Assembly: GCA_038059695.1 (NCBI GenBank)
Contig: JBBTIZ010000069.1
Span: forward strand, 2,969-66,968
Length of the DNA stretch: 64,000 nucleotides
Direction: 5' to 3'
From: Planctomycetota bacterium
GTDB taxonomy: Bacteria; Planctomycetota; MHYJ01; JACQXL01
In this document: positions 18,505-27,677 of the stretch, one piece after another
Position numbering within the stretch: position 1 is the first letter of the stretch
Layout of the letters: each line of letters opens with the position of its first letter
Notes under the pieces: generated by a model
What the model was told of the DNA's origin: nothing
The model's database searches: none
The model's input: the letters and a program-made list of their open reading frames with translations, nothing else
Translations under genes and position numbers: made by a program

Positions 18505-19605
18505 TTACCAATTCCTTAAAGCCGCGGAAATGTTCTTCAGGCCCTGTTTGAGGAGATGGGGTTTGGTGCCTGAGGCAATCCGGATATAGCCCGGTGTGCC
18601 GAAGTATTCGCCGGGCACGACCGCGGTCTGGTAGCGCTTGAACAAATGTTGCTGGAATCTGAATGAATCCTTAAACGGTAATTTGATAAAGCAGACGATA
18701 CCGCCGGCCGGTTCGCGCCATTGCAGGCGCGGCTCTTGGGCTATCCAGTCCTTGATTATCTGCCTTTTATTGCCGACTATGGCCTTGGTGCGCTTTATCA
18801 GGGCTGAGATATGGCGCATGCAGAACAGCGAAATCATCTGGGCCGGATAAGCATCGCTGGCTGACATATAGTCATAGGTCCGGGAGAACAAGTAGGTGAG
18901 TTTGGGCGATGCCATAATCCAGCCGGTGCGCATCAGGCCCAGGCCATAGACCTTGGTCAGACTGGACAGCGTAATGGCCATCGGGCTGGACTTGCAGAAC
19001 GGCTGGCGAGGCCGGTCGAACAGGAAATCCTTATAGACCTCGTCAAAGGCGATATAGACCTGGTGCTTCTCGGCCACCTTGACCAGCCCGCGGATGACGG
19101 CTTCATCCATCTTGACGCCGGAAGGGTTATGCAAATCAGTCAGCAGGATAAGTTTGGTCTTGCGGGTAATCAGGCGGTCCAGTTCATCCGGGTCAGGTTG
19201 CCAGTTGTTGGCTATCCGTCTGGGCAGAGGAACTATCTTGGCGCCCAGTGATTGGGCTGAGCGCATCATCGGCCCGTAGCAGGGCGATTCCAGGATAATC
19301 TCATCGCCGGACTTGAGCAACCCGGCGCAGAGGAGATAGATGGCCATATTGGCCCCGGCGCACATGGCGATATTATCAACCTTGACATTGTAATACTTGG
19401 CCAATTCCTGTTTCAGGGCCAGCGGGCCGTAACTATCTTTATTAGTATGGCTGCATAGTTTAAGGTAATCCATCTTGAAACCCATCCGGAGCAGTTCCTT
19501 GAGTTCCAGGGACGGCACCCCGCTTATCATCAAGGGATATTTGATGGATTTCATGTCCAGGAGTTTGACCCATTCAATGTGTTCGACTTTAAGAATATCT
19601 TTCAT
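18505..19605 (-). CDS. PLP-dependent aminotransferase, class I/II fold
   Basis: SSLTKVYGLGLMRTGW (PLP-lysine context) and overall fold-type I pattern. Confidence 0.8.
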   Translation of the reverse strand: MKDILKVEHIEWVKLLDMKSIKYPLMISGVPSLELKELLRMGFKMDYLKLCSHTNKDSYGPLALKQELAKYYNVKVDNIAMCAGANMAIYLLCAGLLKSGDEIILESPCYGPMMRSAQSLGAKIVPLPRRIANNWQPDPDELDRLITRKTKLILLTDLHNPSGVKMDEAVIRGLVKVAEKHQVYIAFDEVYKDFLFDRPRQPFCKSSPMAITLSSLTKVYGLGLMRTGWIMASPKLTYLFSRTYDYMSASDAYPAQMISLFCMRHISALIKRTKAIVGNKRQIIKDWIAQEPRLQWREPAGGIVCFIKLPFKDSFRFQQHLFKRYQTAVVPGEYFGTPGYIRIASGTKPHLLKQGLKNISAALRNW

Positions 19606-19660
19606 AGATAATACAATATAAAAATATTAGAGAGGAATCAAGGAAATGACGATAGGGACT

Positions 19661-19736
19661 AACCACAAAGAGCACAAAGGTCACAAAGGGACAACCCCCT
19701 TTTAGTCCCCCTTTGTTAAGGGGGATTAAGGGGGGT
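19661..19736. repeat. Composite: CACAAAG x3 (9-bp run) plus CCCCC..GGGGG palindrome
   Basis: Approximate mirror image of 18387-18497 on the other side of the aminotransferase gene. Confidence 0.8.
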
Positions 19737-19780
19737 GTATATATTCTTCGCGGTGCGCCAGAGGAAATTCCCCTATCTAT

Positions 19781-20332
19781 CTACTTCTTTTTCTCCAGGT
19801 TCATACCGCACTTGGGGCATCGGCCCGGCTCGGCCTGCGGCTCCACACAACCCATCGGGCAGACATAGAGCGTCTGGGCCTCGCCCTTTTCCTCAACCTT
19901 TTCCGGTTTGGGCATCAGGGACAGGCATTTATCGGCCAGTTCTGTTGACTTGGCCATCAACTTATTGGCGGTATCAACGGTCCCGGCTACCTTGGCCATA
20001 TCTGGTTTCTCGCCTTTGAGCGTACGATTGCATTCCGCTACCATAGTCAGCGACTTGGACATCATCTCCTGGCAATGAGTCATTAAGGGCTTGATATCCT
20101 TGGTCTTGTCCACTTCTTTCAGAAGTTTATCGGCCTGCTTGATAAGATTCTCCGGCGTCTTATCCGCATCGGCCTTTTTGCCACTATGGTCGCATTTATC
20201 ACCGCTACCGCATGATTTACCGCTGCCGCTGGTTTTATCGTGGCTACCGCACGATTCAGCATAGATATAAATGCCTGCGGTCAGGACTGCAAACGCCACC
20301 AGCCCGCCTGTTACTATCTTCCATTTATTCAT
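19781..20332 (-). CDS. Secreted Cys/His-rich protein with C-terminal heavy-metal-binding domain
   Basis: Signal-like N-terminus, CGSHDKTSGSGKSCGSGDKCDH and YVCPMGCVEPQAEPGRCPKCGM (the HMBD pattern also present in the CusB-like protein). Confidence 0.65.
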   Translation of the reverse strand: MNKWKIVTGGLVAFAVLTAGIYIYAESCGSHDKTSGSGKSCGSGDKCDHSGKKADADKTPENLIKQADKLLKEVDKTKDIKPLMTHCQEMMSKSLTMVAECNRTLKGEKPDMAKVAGTVDTANKLMAKSTELADKCLSLMPKPEKVEEKGEAQTLYVCPMGCVEPQAEPGRCPKCGMNLEKKK

Positions 20333-20419
20333 AATACATTCCCTCCTGGCCCGTACGGGCCATTAAACCCCGCTCTAATTGGGAGCCGGGTAAATTTACG
20401 GTTTTTAATGACATCCTTG

Positions 20420-20539
20420 CTAACCCGAATGCTTCTGATGGTCTGGTCCATCAGAATCAGACGCACTGCTCCGGCAGGATGCGCCCAAGAAGGCAAATCC
20501 AACCAGAAGCGCCAGAACCAACAGCAATCGCATATTCAT
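20420..20539 (-). CDS. Possible small exported peptide (39 aa), not in the ORF track
   Basis: Hand translation gives MNMRLLLVLALLVGFAFLGASCRSSASDSDGPDHQKHSG. Signal-like start only, with no homology claim. Confidence 0.2.
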   Translation of the reverse strand: MNMRLLLVLALLVGFAFLGASCRSSASDSDGPDHQKHSG

Positions 20540-20744
20540 ATTTTTATCTCTCTGGCATAAATCACTTCGTTATGCGCCATCTCCGAATTACATATATATA
20601 ATGTCATCAACCACTGAAAATATTACAAGATTTTGTAATTTATCGCGCATTTCGATTGACCACGTTCGGGCATGACTTCGGCCGTGGATTTTATCCCGCT
20701 TCCAGCGGGAATCCCTCGCAATGACATTATTTTGTTAGGCACTT

Positions 20745-23700
20745 TTAATGCTCCTTTAGTTCAGGAATAGGTAACTTATTAACATCCACCGTCCCCTTTT
20801 TCATCTCTCCATGCCATTTCCAGAGCAGGTAAATGGGCGGATAGACCAGGAGTTCCATGATAAATGATGTCGCAAGCCCGCCCACCATCGGAGCGGCGAT
20901 GCGTTTCATCATATCCGCGCCGGTGCCGATTGACCACATTATCGGTATCAGGCCGATAAAGGTGGTGCCGACCGTCATCATCTTGGGCCGGATGCGCTTG
21001 ACCGCTCCATAAATCACGGCCTCGTGCAAATCATTATAGGTCTTCATCGTCCCTTTACGCACCCGGTCATAATACGACAGGTCCAGGAACAGGAGCATAA
21101 AGACGCCGGTCTCGGCATCCAGCCCCATCAAGGCAATCATTCCGACCCAGACCGCTATGGACATATTATAATCCAGAAGATACATAAACCAGATTGCGCC
21201 GATGAGCGAGAACGGAACCGCCATCAATACTAGCAATGTCTTAAATGTTGATTTAGTATTCATATACAATAGCACAAAGATGATAAAGAGCGTCAGGGGT
21301 ATAACGATTTTCAGCCGCTCTTTGACCCGGAGCATATTCTCATACTGGCCGCTCCAGGCAATAGAATAACCGGTCGGTATTGGCAGGTTCTTCCTAACGG
21401 CCTCTTTTGCCTCGGTAACATAACTTCCTACGTCACGGTCTGTAATATCCACATAGACATAACCGGCCAGGAGCCCATTCTCATTACGAATCATAGCCGG
21501 ACCGGTAGAGAAATGAATATCAGCCAGTTCGGCTAATGGAATCTGCCTAATAACAGGCGGGTTTGGGCCGCCGGACATCGCATCGCCTTCGGAACCTCCT
21601 ATGGTCACTGGAACCAACACCCGCTTGAGGTCAGTCAGGTCGTCTCTTAATTCACGGGCATAACGGACATTAACCGAGTAACGTTCCCGGCCTTCAATGG
21701 TGGTGGTAATGCCTTCGCCGCCGATAGCTGACATAATGACCATCTCGGCATCCTTGACGCTGATACCGTAGCGGGCCAGTTGCTCGCGCTTGAGGTCAAA
21801 GTCCAGGAAATAGCCGCCAGTGACCCGTTCGGCATAGATACTGCGCGTGCCCGTGATACCCCGGAGAATCATTTCCAGATGCGTGCCAATCTGCTCTATC
21901 TCCTTGAGGTCAGCTCCGTAGATTTTGATGCCAATGGGCGTGCGCACACCGGTGGTAAGCATATCAATCCGAGCCTTGATGGGCATGGTCCAGGCATTGA
22001 CCACACCCGGGAATTGCATCTTGGAGTCCAGTTCATTTATGATATCATCCCAGGAAATCCGGTCCGGCCAGATAGACCGGAACGGCCATTGCAGTATTTT
22101 CGGCAGGTCTGAATACCAGCGGTCAACCTTGCGCCATTGTTCACGCGGCTTTAAGACCACGGTGGTCTCCATCATAGAGAACGGCGCTGGGTCGGTCGAG
22201 GTCTCGGCCCGTCCGGCCTTGCCAAAGACGCTGGCCACCTCCGGGATACTTTTGATAATCTTGTCCTGCATCTGAAGCAACCGATGGGCCTCGGTGACCG
22301 AGATGCCCGGCGGCGTGGTAGGCATATAAAGGATACTACCCTCATTTAACGGTGGCATAAATTCAGAACCAAGTTTGAAGTAGACCGGTATGGCGCTTAT
22401 GATTAATAATACTGCCGTTATGATTATGGTCCGGGGATATTTCAGCACGAACTTACAGAGCGGCTCGTAAAACCAGAAGAGCGTTTTGCTGACCGGGTGA
22501 TTTTCCTCCTTGTAGTATTTGCCGACCAGTACCTGATTAGCGGGCCAAGCGAATATCTTGCCCAGCGCTGACTTGGGCTTGAAATAATCCATTTTCATAA
22601 AGAGCAGGCGGATGGCCGGGTCAAGGGTAATGGCTAATAGCGCAGCAATAGCCATAGTCAGGTTCTTGGTATAAGCCAGGGGCTTAAACAACCGGCCCTC
22701 CTGTTCCATCAGTGTGAATATGGGCATAAAAGCAACCGCAATGACCAAGAGCGAGAAGAATATGGAGGGCGCGACTTCCTGCAATGCCTGAATTCGGATT
22801 TTGTGCGGGTCGCCCACCCGGCCGCCTTCTATCCAGATTTCCAGCTTTTTATAGGCATTCTCCACCTCCACTATGGCGCCGTCCACAAGCACACCGATAG
22901 AAATGGCAATGCCGGAGATAGACATAATATTTGAAGACAGTCCCATCCCATACATCGGGATAAAGGCCAGTAAGGCCGCTACCGGTATGGTGATAATCGG
23001 CACCAGGGCCGATGGGATATGCCAGAGGAAGAGCAGGATAATCAAACTGACTACAATCATTTCCGCCACTAATTGGTGCTTGAGGGTGCCAATGGCTTCA
23101 TGAATAAGTTCCGAGCGGTCATAGGTGGTGACAATCTCAGCGCCCTTGGGCAGGGATGGTTTTATTTCCTCTATCTTGGCCTTAACACGTTCTATGACAT
23201 TGAGGGCGTTCTCGCCGTGGCGCACCACCACGATTCCGCCGACCGTGTCGCCGATGCCGTCCAAATCCGCCACGCCCCGGCGGATATCAGGGCCGATGCT
23301 GACCTTGGCAATACTCCTGACCAGAATCGGAGTACCCTTTTCATCGTTGCCGACCACGATATTTTCAATGTCGCTGGTGGATTTGATATAGCCGCGTCCG
23401 CGCACCATATATTCTGCGCCGGAGAATTCCACCAGCCGGCCGCCCACATCGTTATTGCTGTCCCGGATGGCGTCAACCACCTTCATCAACGGGATATTAT
23501 AGCCGACCAATGTATTGGGATTGATATTAACCTGATACTGCTTCTGGAACCCGCCGATAGAAGCCACCTCAGCCACGCCGGGCACGCTCTGGATATAATA
23601 TTTCAGATACCAGTCCTGGAAAGAACGCAGCTGCGCCAGGTCGTTCTGGCCGGTCTTATCCACCAGGGCATACTGATAAGCCCAGCCCACGCCGGTGGCG

Positions 23701-24092
23701 TCCGGCCCGATTTCGGTCTTGACGCCTTCAGGCAGGCGGGGCAGAATTTTGCTCAGGTATTCCACAGTGCGGGACCGGGCCCAGTAGATGTCGGTGCCGT
23801 CCTGAAAGATGATATAGACATAGGAAAACCCGAAGTCCGAGAAGCCGCGGATGGCCTTGACCTTGGGCGCGCCCAACATTGCGGTGACAATCGGATAGGT
23901 CACCTGGTCTTCTATTATATCCGGGCTGCGGTCCCAGCGGGAATATACTATCACCTGGGTGTCAGACAGGTCCGGGATGGCATCGAGCGGGATATTCTGG
24001 ACTGAATAAATAGCAAACCCAACCGCCACGGCACAAAAGATCAAGACCAGGAACCTGTTGTTGGCCGAGAAAGCAACTATACTTTTTAACAT
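20745..24092 (-). CDS. cusA: CusA/CzcA-family heavy-metal RND efflux pump
   Basis: 1115 aa, 12-TM RND architecture, N-terminal AFSANNRFLVLIF and a conserved C-terminal half. Confidence 0.9.
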   Translation of the reverse strand: MLKSIVAFSANNRFLVLIFCAVAVGFAIYSVQNIPLDAIPDLSDTQVIVYSRWDRSPDIIEDQVTYPIVTAMLGAPKVKAIRGFSDFGFSYVYIIFQDGTDIYWARSRTVEYLSKILPRLPEGVKTEIGPDATGVGWAYQYALVDKTGQNDLAQLRSFQDWYLKYYIQSVPGVAEVASIGGFQKQYQVNINPNTLVGYNIPLMKVVDAIRDSNNDVGGRLVEFSGAEYMVRGRGYIKSTSDIENIVVGNDEKGTPILVRSIAKVSIGPDIRRGVADLDGIGDTVGGIVVVRHGENALNVIERVKAKIEEIKPSLPKGAEIVTTYDRSELIHEAIGTLKHQLVAEMIVVSLIILLFLWHIPSALVPIITIPVAALLAFIPMYGMGLSSNIMSISGIAISIGVLVDGAIVEVENAYKKLEIWIEGGRVGDPHKIRIQALQEVAPSIFFSLLVIAVAFMPIFTLMEQEGRLFKPLAYTKNLTMAIAALLAITLDPAIRLLFMKMDYFKPKSALGKIFAWPANQVLVGKYYKEENHPVSKTLFWFYEPLCKFVLKYPRTIIITAVLLIISAIPVYFKLGSEFMPPLNEGSILYMPTTPPGISVTEAHRLLQMQDKIIKSIPEVASVFGKAGRAETSTDPAPFSMMETTVVLKPREQWRKVDRWYSDLPKILQWPFRSIWPDRISWDDIINELDSKMQFPGVVNAWTMPIKARIDMLTTGVRTPIGIKIYGADLKEIEQIGTHLEMILRGITGTRSIYAERVTGGYFLDFDLKREQLARYGISVKDAEMVIMSAIGGEGITTTIEGRERYSVNVRYARELRDDLTDLKRVLVPVTIGGSEGDAMSGGPNPPVIRQIPLAELADIHFSTGPAMIRNENGLLAGYVYVDITDRDVGSYVTEAKEAVRKNLPIPTGYSIAWSGQYENMLRVKERLKIVIPLTLFIIFVLLYMNTKSTFKTLLVLMAVPFSLIGAIWFMYLLDYNMSIAVWVGMIALMGLDAETGVFMLLFLDLSYYDRVRKGTMKTYNDLHEAVIYGAVKRIRPKMMTVGTTFIGLIPIMWSIGTGADMMKRIAAPMVGGLATSFIMELLVYPPIYLLWKWHGEMKKGTVDVNKLPIPELKEH

Positions 24093-24115
24093 ATTATTGA
24101 CACTAACATTGCTAA

Positions 24116-24162
24116 AATCCCCCTTAATCCCCCTTTTGCAAAGGGGGAAATAGGGGGATTAG
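24116..24162. repeat. AATCCCCC..TTT/AAA..GGGGGATT palindromic element
   Basis: AATCCCCCTTAATCCCCCTTTTGCAAAGGGGGAAATAGGGGGATT. Same family as 18387, 19694, 27898 and 46842. Confidence 0.8.
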
Positions 24163-24180
24163 AACGCCTATCTCTATAGA

Positions 24181-25479
24181 CTACTTCTTTTCCTCCCCGT
24201 GTTTATGCCCCGAGCCCATATTCTGGGTGGCTGATTTCAGTTTGGATTCAGAGTCAATCAGGAAATTGCCGGAGGCAACCACGGTCTCATCTTGAGACAA
24301 TCCCTCAACAACCTCATAATAGTGGTCTAATTTACCGCCCAGTTTTACCTCCCGCGGTTCAAACACGCCATTGCCCTTATCCACGAAAACAATCCGGCGC
24401 TTGCCGGTATCCATAACCGCCTCAACTGGAACCGCCAGTTTTACGCTGACCTCTTTCTTCAGCAGAACATCGGCATACATATCCGCCTTGAGTTTATACT
24501 CTGGATTATCCATCTCAACACGCACCTTGATAGTGCGGGTGGTCGGATTGACAAAAGGATAAATATATCTTATCTTACCCATAAACCTGTCAGCCGGATA
24601 AGCAGAAACCCCTACTTCCACATCATCGTCAACATTAATATAGGCCAGTTCATACTCATATATTTCCGCTTCAACCCAGATGGTTGACGTGTCGGCAACT
24701 TTATATATCATTTCTCCGGGAGTAATATATTGGCCGAGGTGCAATTCATCGCCGACAATAAAACCTGCGCCCGGCGTGGTAATCCACAGGGTTCTTGATG
24801 GTTTCCCTTCCTCGGCTATTTTGTCAATCTGGTCTTCTGAAATATCCCAGAAAACGAGTTTCTGCCTGGTGGCGCTCACCAATTGCCCGGCGCTTTTTAT
24901 CATCTCAGGCGATTTGGCCTCTTCCGCCTTCTTCATCATCTCCAGGGCGGACAGGTATTCCTGTTGCGCCACAACCAGGTCCGGGCTATAAATGCTGAAT
25001 AAAGGCGTCCCTGCTTCTATGAATTTGCCGGCCAGGGCGCAACAATCCATCTTATCAACCCAGCCGGCAATCTTGGTGTTGATATGATACATCTTTTGTG
25101 CGTTATATACGATTGTCCCGACGGCCAGAATCGTCCGTGTCAGGGAGCGGCCGGTGACTTTCTCTTTCCGGACGCCGATGAGTTGCTCCTGCTGGGACGT
25201 TATGGCCACGGTTGCCTGGCCTTCCATCCGGCTGGATGATTCCTGGGCTGATTCTTTCATCGGCACCAGTTTCATATTGCAAATCGGGCAATCCCCGGGC
25301 TTGTCGGAGATATAGGTCGGATGCATCGGGCAGTGATACATCTGTTTCTTGGCTGACTCGCCTGTGGTCTGTGAAGAGTGGTTATCGTGTGAAGCGTCTT
25401 TGTTCAATAAGGTCTTGCCACCGATGACCAGAGCCGCAACTACCAGAATAATCAATACCCCAAAAATTAAGTATTTCAT
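24181..25479 (-). CDS. cusB: RND periplasmic adaptor (CusB-like) with N-terminal metal-binding domain
   Basis: YHCPMHPTYISDKPGDCPICNMKL plus an MFP barrel-sandwich region. Start set to MKYLIFG (25479) because the longer ORF crosses a repeat and the upstream gene. Confidence 0.85.
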   Translation of the reverse strand: MKYLIFGVLIILVVAALVIGGKTLLNKDASHDNHSSQTTGESAKKQMYHCPMHPTYISDKPGDCPICNMKLVPMKESAQESSSRMEGQATVAITSQQEQLIGVRKEKVTGRSLTRTILAVGTIVYNAQKMYHINTKIAGWVDKMDCCALAGKFIEAGTPLFSIYSPDLVVAQQEYLSALEMMKKAEEAKSPEMIKSAGQLVSATRQKLVFWDISEDQIDKIAEEGKPSRTLWITTPGAGFIVGDELHLGQYITPGEMIYKVADTSTIWVEAEIYEYELAYINVDDDVEVGVSAYPADRFMGKIRYIYPFVNPTTRTIKVRVEMDNPEYKLKADMYADVLLKKEVSVKLAVPVEAVMDTGKRRIVFVDKGNGVFEPREVKLGGKLDHYYEVVEGLSQDETVVASGNFLIDSESKLKSATQNMGSGHKHGEEKK

Positions 25480-25502
25480 AAATAATCTCCTATCCCCTCT
25501 TA

Positions 25503-25535
25503 TCATTCCCGTCCCGCCGAAGCGGGAGGAATGAC
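25503..25535. repeat. TCATTCC..GGAATGA hairpin
   Basis: TCATTCCCGTCCCGCCGAAGCGGGAGGAATGA lies between the OMF and adaptor genes. Confidence 0.75.
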
Positions 25536-25549
25536 ACCGGGAATATCCC

Positions 25550-26896
25550 CTATTTATTAAATAATTTAGATGTTTCCCCAACGCTGGTGCATAGCGCGAT
25601 AAGCGAGATGTCGGCAAAGACAATCTCGCGCTGGGCATTCACTACAGCCAGCTGGGTTTTCAACTCCAATAACTCCCGCCGGGCATTAAACCAGTCAGTG
25701 AATCTAATCCGGCCTGTTTTAAAAGACGCGTCTATGCTGTTAAGTTTTGCCTCGGCCAGAGGCATCAGTTTTTCCCTGATGAGCCGGCTCTGCCTCTGGA
25801 GTTCACGCCAGGCGAATGACTTCTCAGCCAGCACGACCGCCAGATTAATCTGGTCAGCCGAGAGCATTGCTTTGGCCTGCTTCTCATTGGCCTGGGCTGA
25901 GGCGATTTGTGCGGCTATCTTCTGGCGCCAGATAGGCAGGGTCATACTTACTTCGGGCATCCAGTTCAATTTGTCCTTCTTGGCATCCGTTCCCACGCCA
26001 ACACTCCAATCAGGATTCCTTTCCTTATAAGAACGTTCCACCATAACCTGCGCCTGCCTGACTTCGGCAGACAACGCCTTGAGATGGAGGTTATGCTTTA
26101 ACAACTCATTTAATAAGTCAGTTTCAGGCGGCAGGATATGCTCTGTGAATGCCTCGTTTGGCATCGGCGGCTGGAATTCGCTGGACGCGGTTCCTTCGGG
26201 TTCATTAGGCGCGACACCCAGCGCTTTGCGCCACCTGGCCATCAATGGCTTGAGGGAATCCTCTAAATTAACCAGTTCGTTATGTAACATGGCCTGCTCT
26301 GACTGGACCATAACAAGTTCCTCAGTCATACCAGACCCGGTCTCAAAGTTCGCCCGGATTGATTTCTCCTGCGTCTCAATCAGGGAAATAATCTCTTTGG
26401 CCAGCCGTATCTTTTCCTGCAGGAGGTAATATTCATAATAGGCCTGTTTTACATTGAAGATGGTCTCAAGCAACTGGTGTTCAAACAGGTATCGTTTCTT
26501 CTGCGCCTCCAGAGAAAACACCTCGGCCTCCAGGGCCAGTTTACCCGCCGCCGGTATATCCTGCATAAAACCAACCAGGAACTTTTCAACTGACGACATT
26601 ATCTCTGAACTCAAGGTCAATTTGGGGTCAGGCAATGATTGGGCTATCATTATTTCTTCAACCGTTTTCTTCCAGTCGTAGAATGCGGCCTCGGCCTCGG
26701 GATTATTCATAATGGCATAGGTTATAAAATCTGATAGCGGCGAATCTGATTTGAGCGTAGGCAATACCGGCTTCTTGTCCGAAGGCCGGTATTTGGATTC
26801 GACCGCGGTCAGTGATTCCCGGCCTATTGACGCCGGCCCAGCACAGCCGAGCAGAACACCTGAAAGTACAATAAATACAGATATTTTATATATCAT
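25550..26896 (-). CDS. Outer-membrane efflux factor (TolC/CusC family)
   Basis: Lipoprotein signal VLLGC, two-repeat coiled-coil/beta pattern, and its position in the efflux operon. Confidence 0.8.
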   Translation of the reverse strand: MIYKISVFIVLSGVLLGCAGPASIGRESLTAVESKYRPSDKKPVLPTLKSDSPLSDFITYAIMNNPEAEAAFYDWKKTVEEIMIAQSLPDPKLTLSSEIMSSVEKFLVGFMQDIPAAGKLALEAEVFSLEAQKKRYLFEHQLLETIFNVKQAYYEYYLLQEKIRLAKEIISLIETQEKSIRANFETGSGMTEELVMVQSEQAMLHNELVNLEDSLKPLMARWRKALGVAPNEPEGTASSEFQPPMPNEAFTEHILPPETDLLNELLKHNLHLKALSAEVRQAQVMVERSYKERNPDWSVGVGTDAKKDKLNWMPEVSMTLPIWRQKIAAQIASAQANEKQAKAMLSADQINLAVVLAEKSFAWRELQRQSRLIREKLMPLAEAKLNSIDASFKTGRIRFTDWFNARRELLELKTQLAVVNAQREIVFADISLIALCTSVGETSKLFNK

Positions 26897-26897
26897 A

Positions 26898-27677
26898 TTA
26901 CTTATGCCCGCACTTACAGTCACTTCCCATAGTATCTACGTTCTTCAATAGTTTAACCAGTGTCTGCTCATCTAATTCCGATATAACGCCAATCAGGCAA
27001 TTAGGTAACCGTTTTACTGCCACATTAAATTTACCTGTCTTATCTGTCCAGATTGGGCTAGGATAAGAACGGTATGCCGATTCTATCCTGCCAAAACCAC
27101 CAGATGCTTCAAATAACATAAACGTCACCGGCGTGACATTATATTTGGCATAGATAGCCGCACAAGGACATCCGCCAATTGATTTAGTATCTCCGCCTTC
27201 TAGCCGGAGTTCTTTATTGCTCTTAAGCAATGTACAACAACATTCATTGCCGGAGAGTAGATTCCCCGTGCGGAGATGAGCGCTCAAGGAACCGGTCAAG
27301 TCCGTGCTGGTAATCGGTTTAACATTTCCCTGAATAAAGGATTGGTGCTCCTGCTCCATTGCAGAAAGCCAATTGGAAGGAATACCGGCCGGCGCCAGAA
27401 GTATATAAACAATCACAGATAGAAGGATAACCGCCGCGGCTGAGGTAGAAATAAAATACCCTATTCTCTGCCAGACCAGGCGTTTTTCCAATTCATAGTC
27501 CAATAATTCCCGGGTATTCTGCCATATGGCATCATCTAAGGCGCTCCCGCTAAGGCGGGATGAGACAGGAAAAGTATTATTTGACCCCATATCCTTACTT
27601 ATAATAGAAGAGACCTTCTTGTCAAATGCCTCTTCCTGAGCGCTATCAGATATATTTGAGTTCTCGGGCATATTCAT
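26898..27677 (-). CDS. Single-pass membrane protein with Cys-rich periplasmic domain; candidate anti-sigma/metal sensor
   Basis: Overlaps the sigma gene 3' end. Has one TM helix (AAAVILLSVIVYILL) and the motifs ECCC, GGCPC and DCKCGHK. Confidence 0.4.
   Translation of the reverse strand: MNMPENSNISDSAQEEAFDKKVSSIISKDMGSNNTFPVSSRLSGSALDDAIWQNTRELLDYELEKRLVWQRIGYFISTSAAAVILLSVIVYILLAPAGIPSNWLSAMEQEHQSFIQGNVKPITSTDLTGSLSAHLRTGNLLSGNECCCTLLKSNKELRLEGGDTKSIGGCPCAAIYAKYNVTPVTFMLFEASGGFGRIESAYRSYPSPIWTDKTGKFNVAVKRLPNCLIGVISELDEQTLVKLLKNVDTMGSDCKCGHK

Noticed and set aside
20240-20560. 106-aa plus-strand ORF between the HMBD gene and cusA
   Set aside because: It overlaps the HMBD gene start in antisense, and I saw no recognisable SD or motif. 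The short minus-strand signal-peptide ORF is the more plausible, though still weak, reading.
23073-24005. Long antisense ORFs: 310 aa opposite cusA, plus 52372-53400 opposite carB, 10420-11244 opposite malic enzyme, 54961-55791 opposite carA, and 49364-50024 opposite the Bro-N gene
   Set aside because: The opposite strands carry unmistakable conserved proteins. The antisense translations are low-complexity R/G/A/P-rich shadow frames with no motifs.
25480-25638. Longer N-termini given by the ORF track for cusB, and likewise for eno (to 5297), skp (to 32425), ssb (to 37812), hisS (to 43982), queC (from 46182), fba (to 61968) and rbr (from 11910)
   Set aside because: The extensions run through repeat elements or neighbouring genes. 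Internal ATGs with good SD sequences coincide with the usual N-termini of these families.
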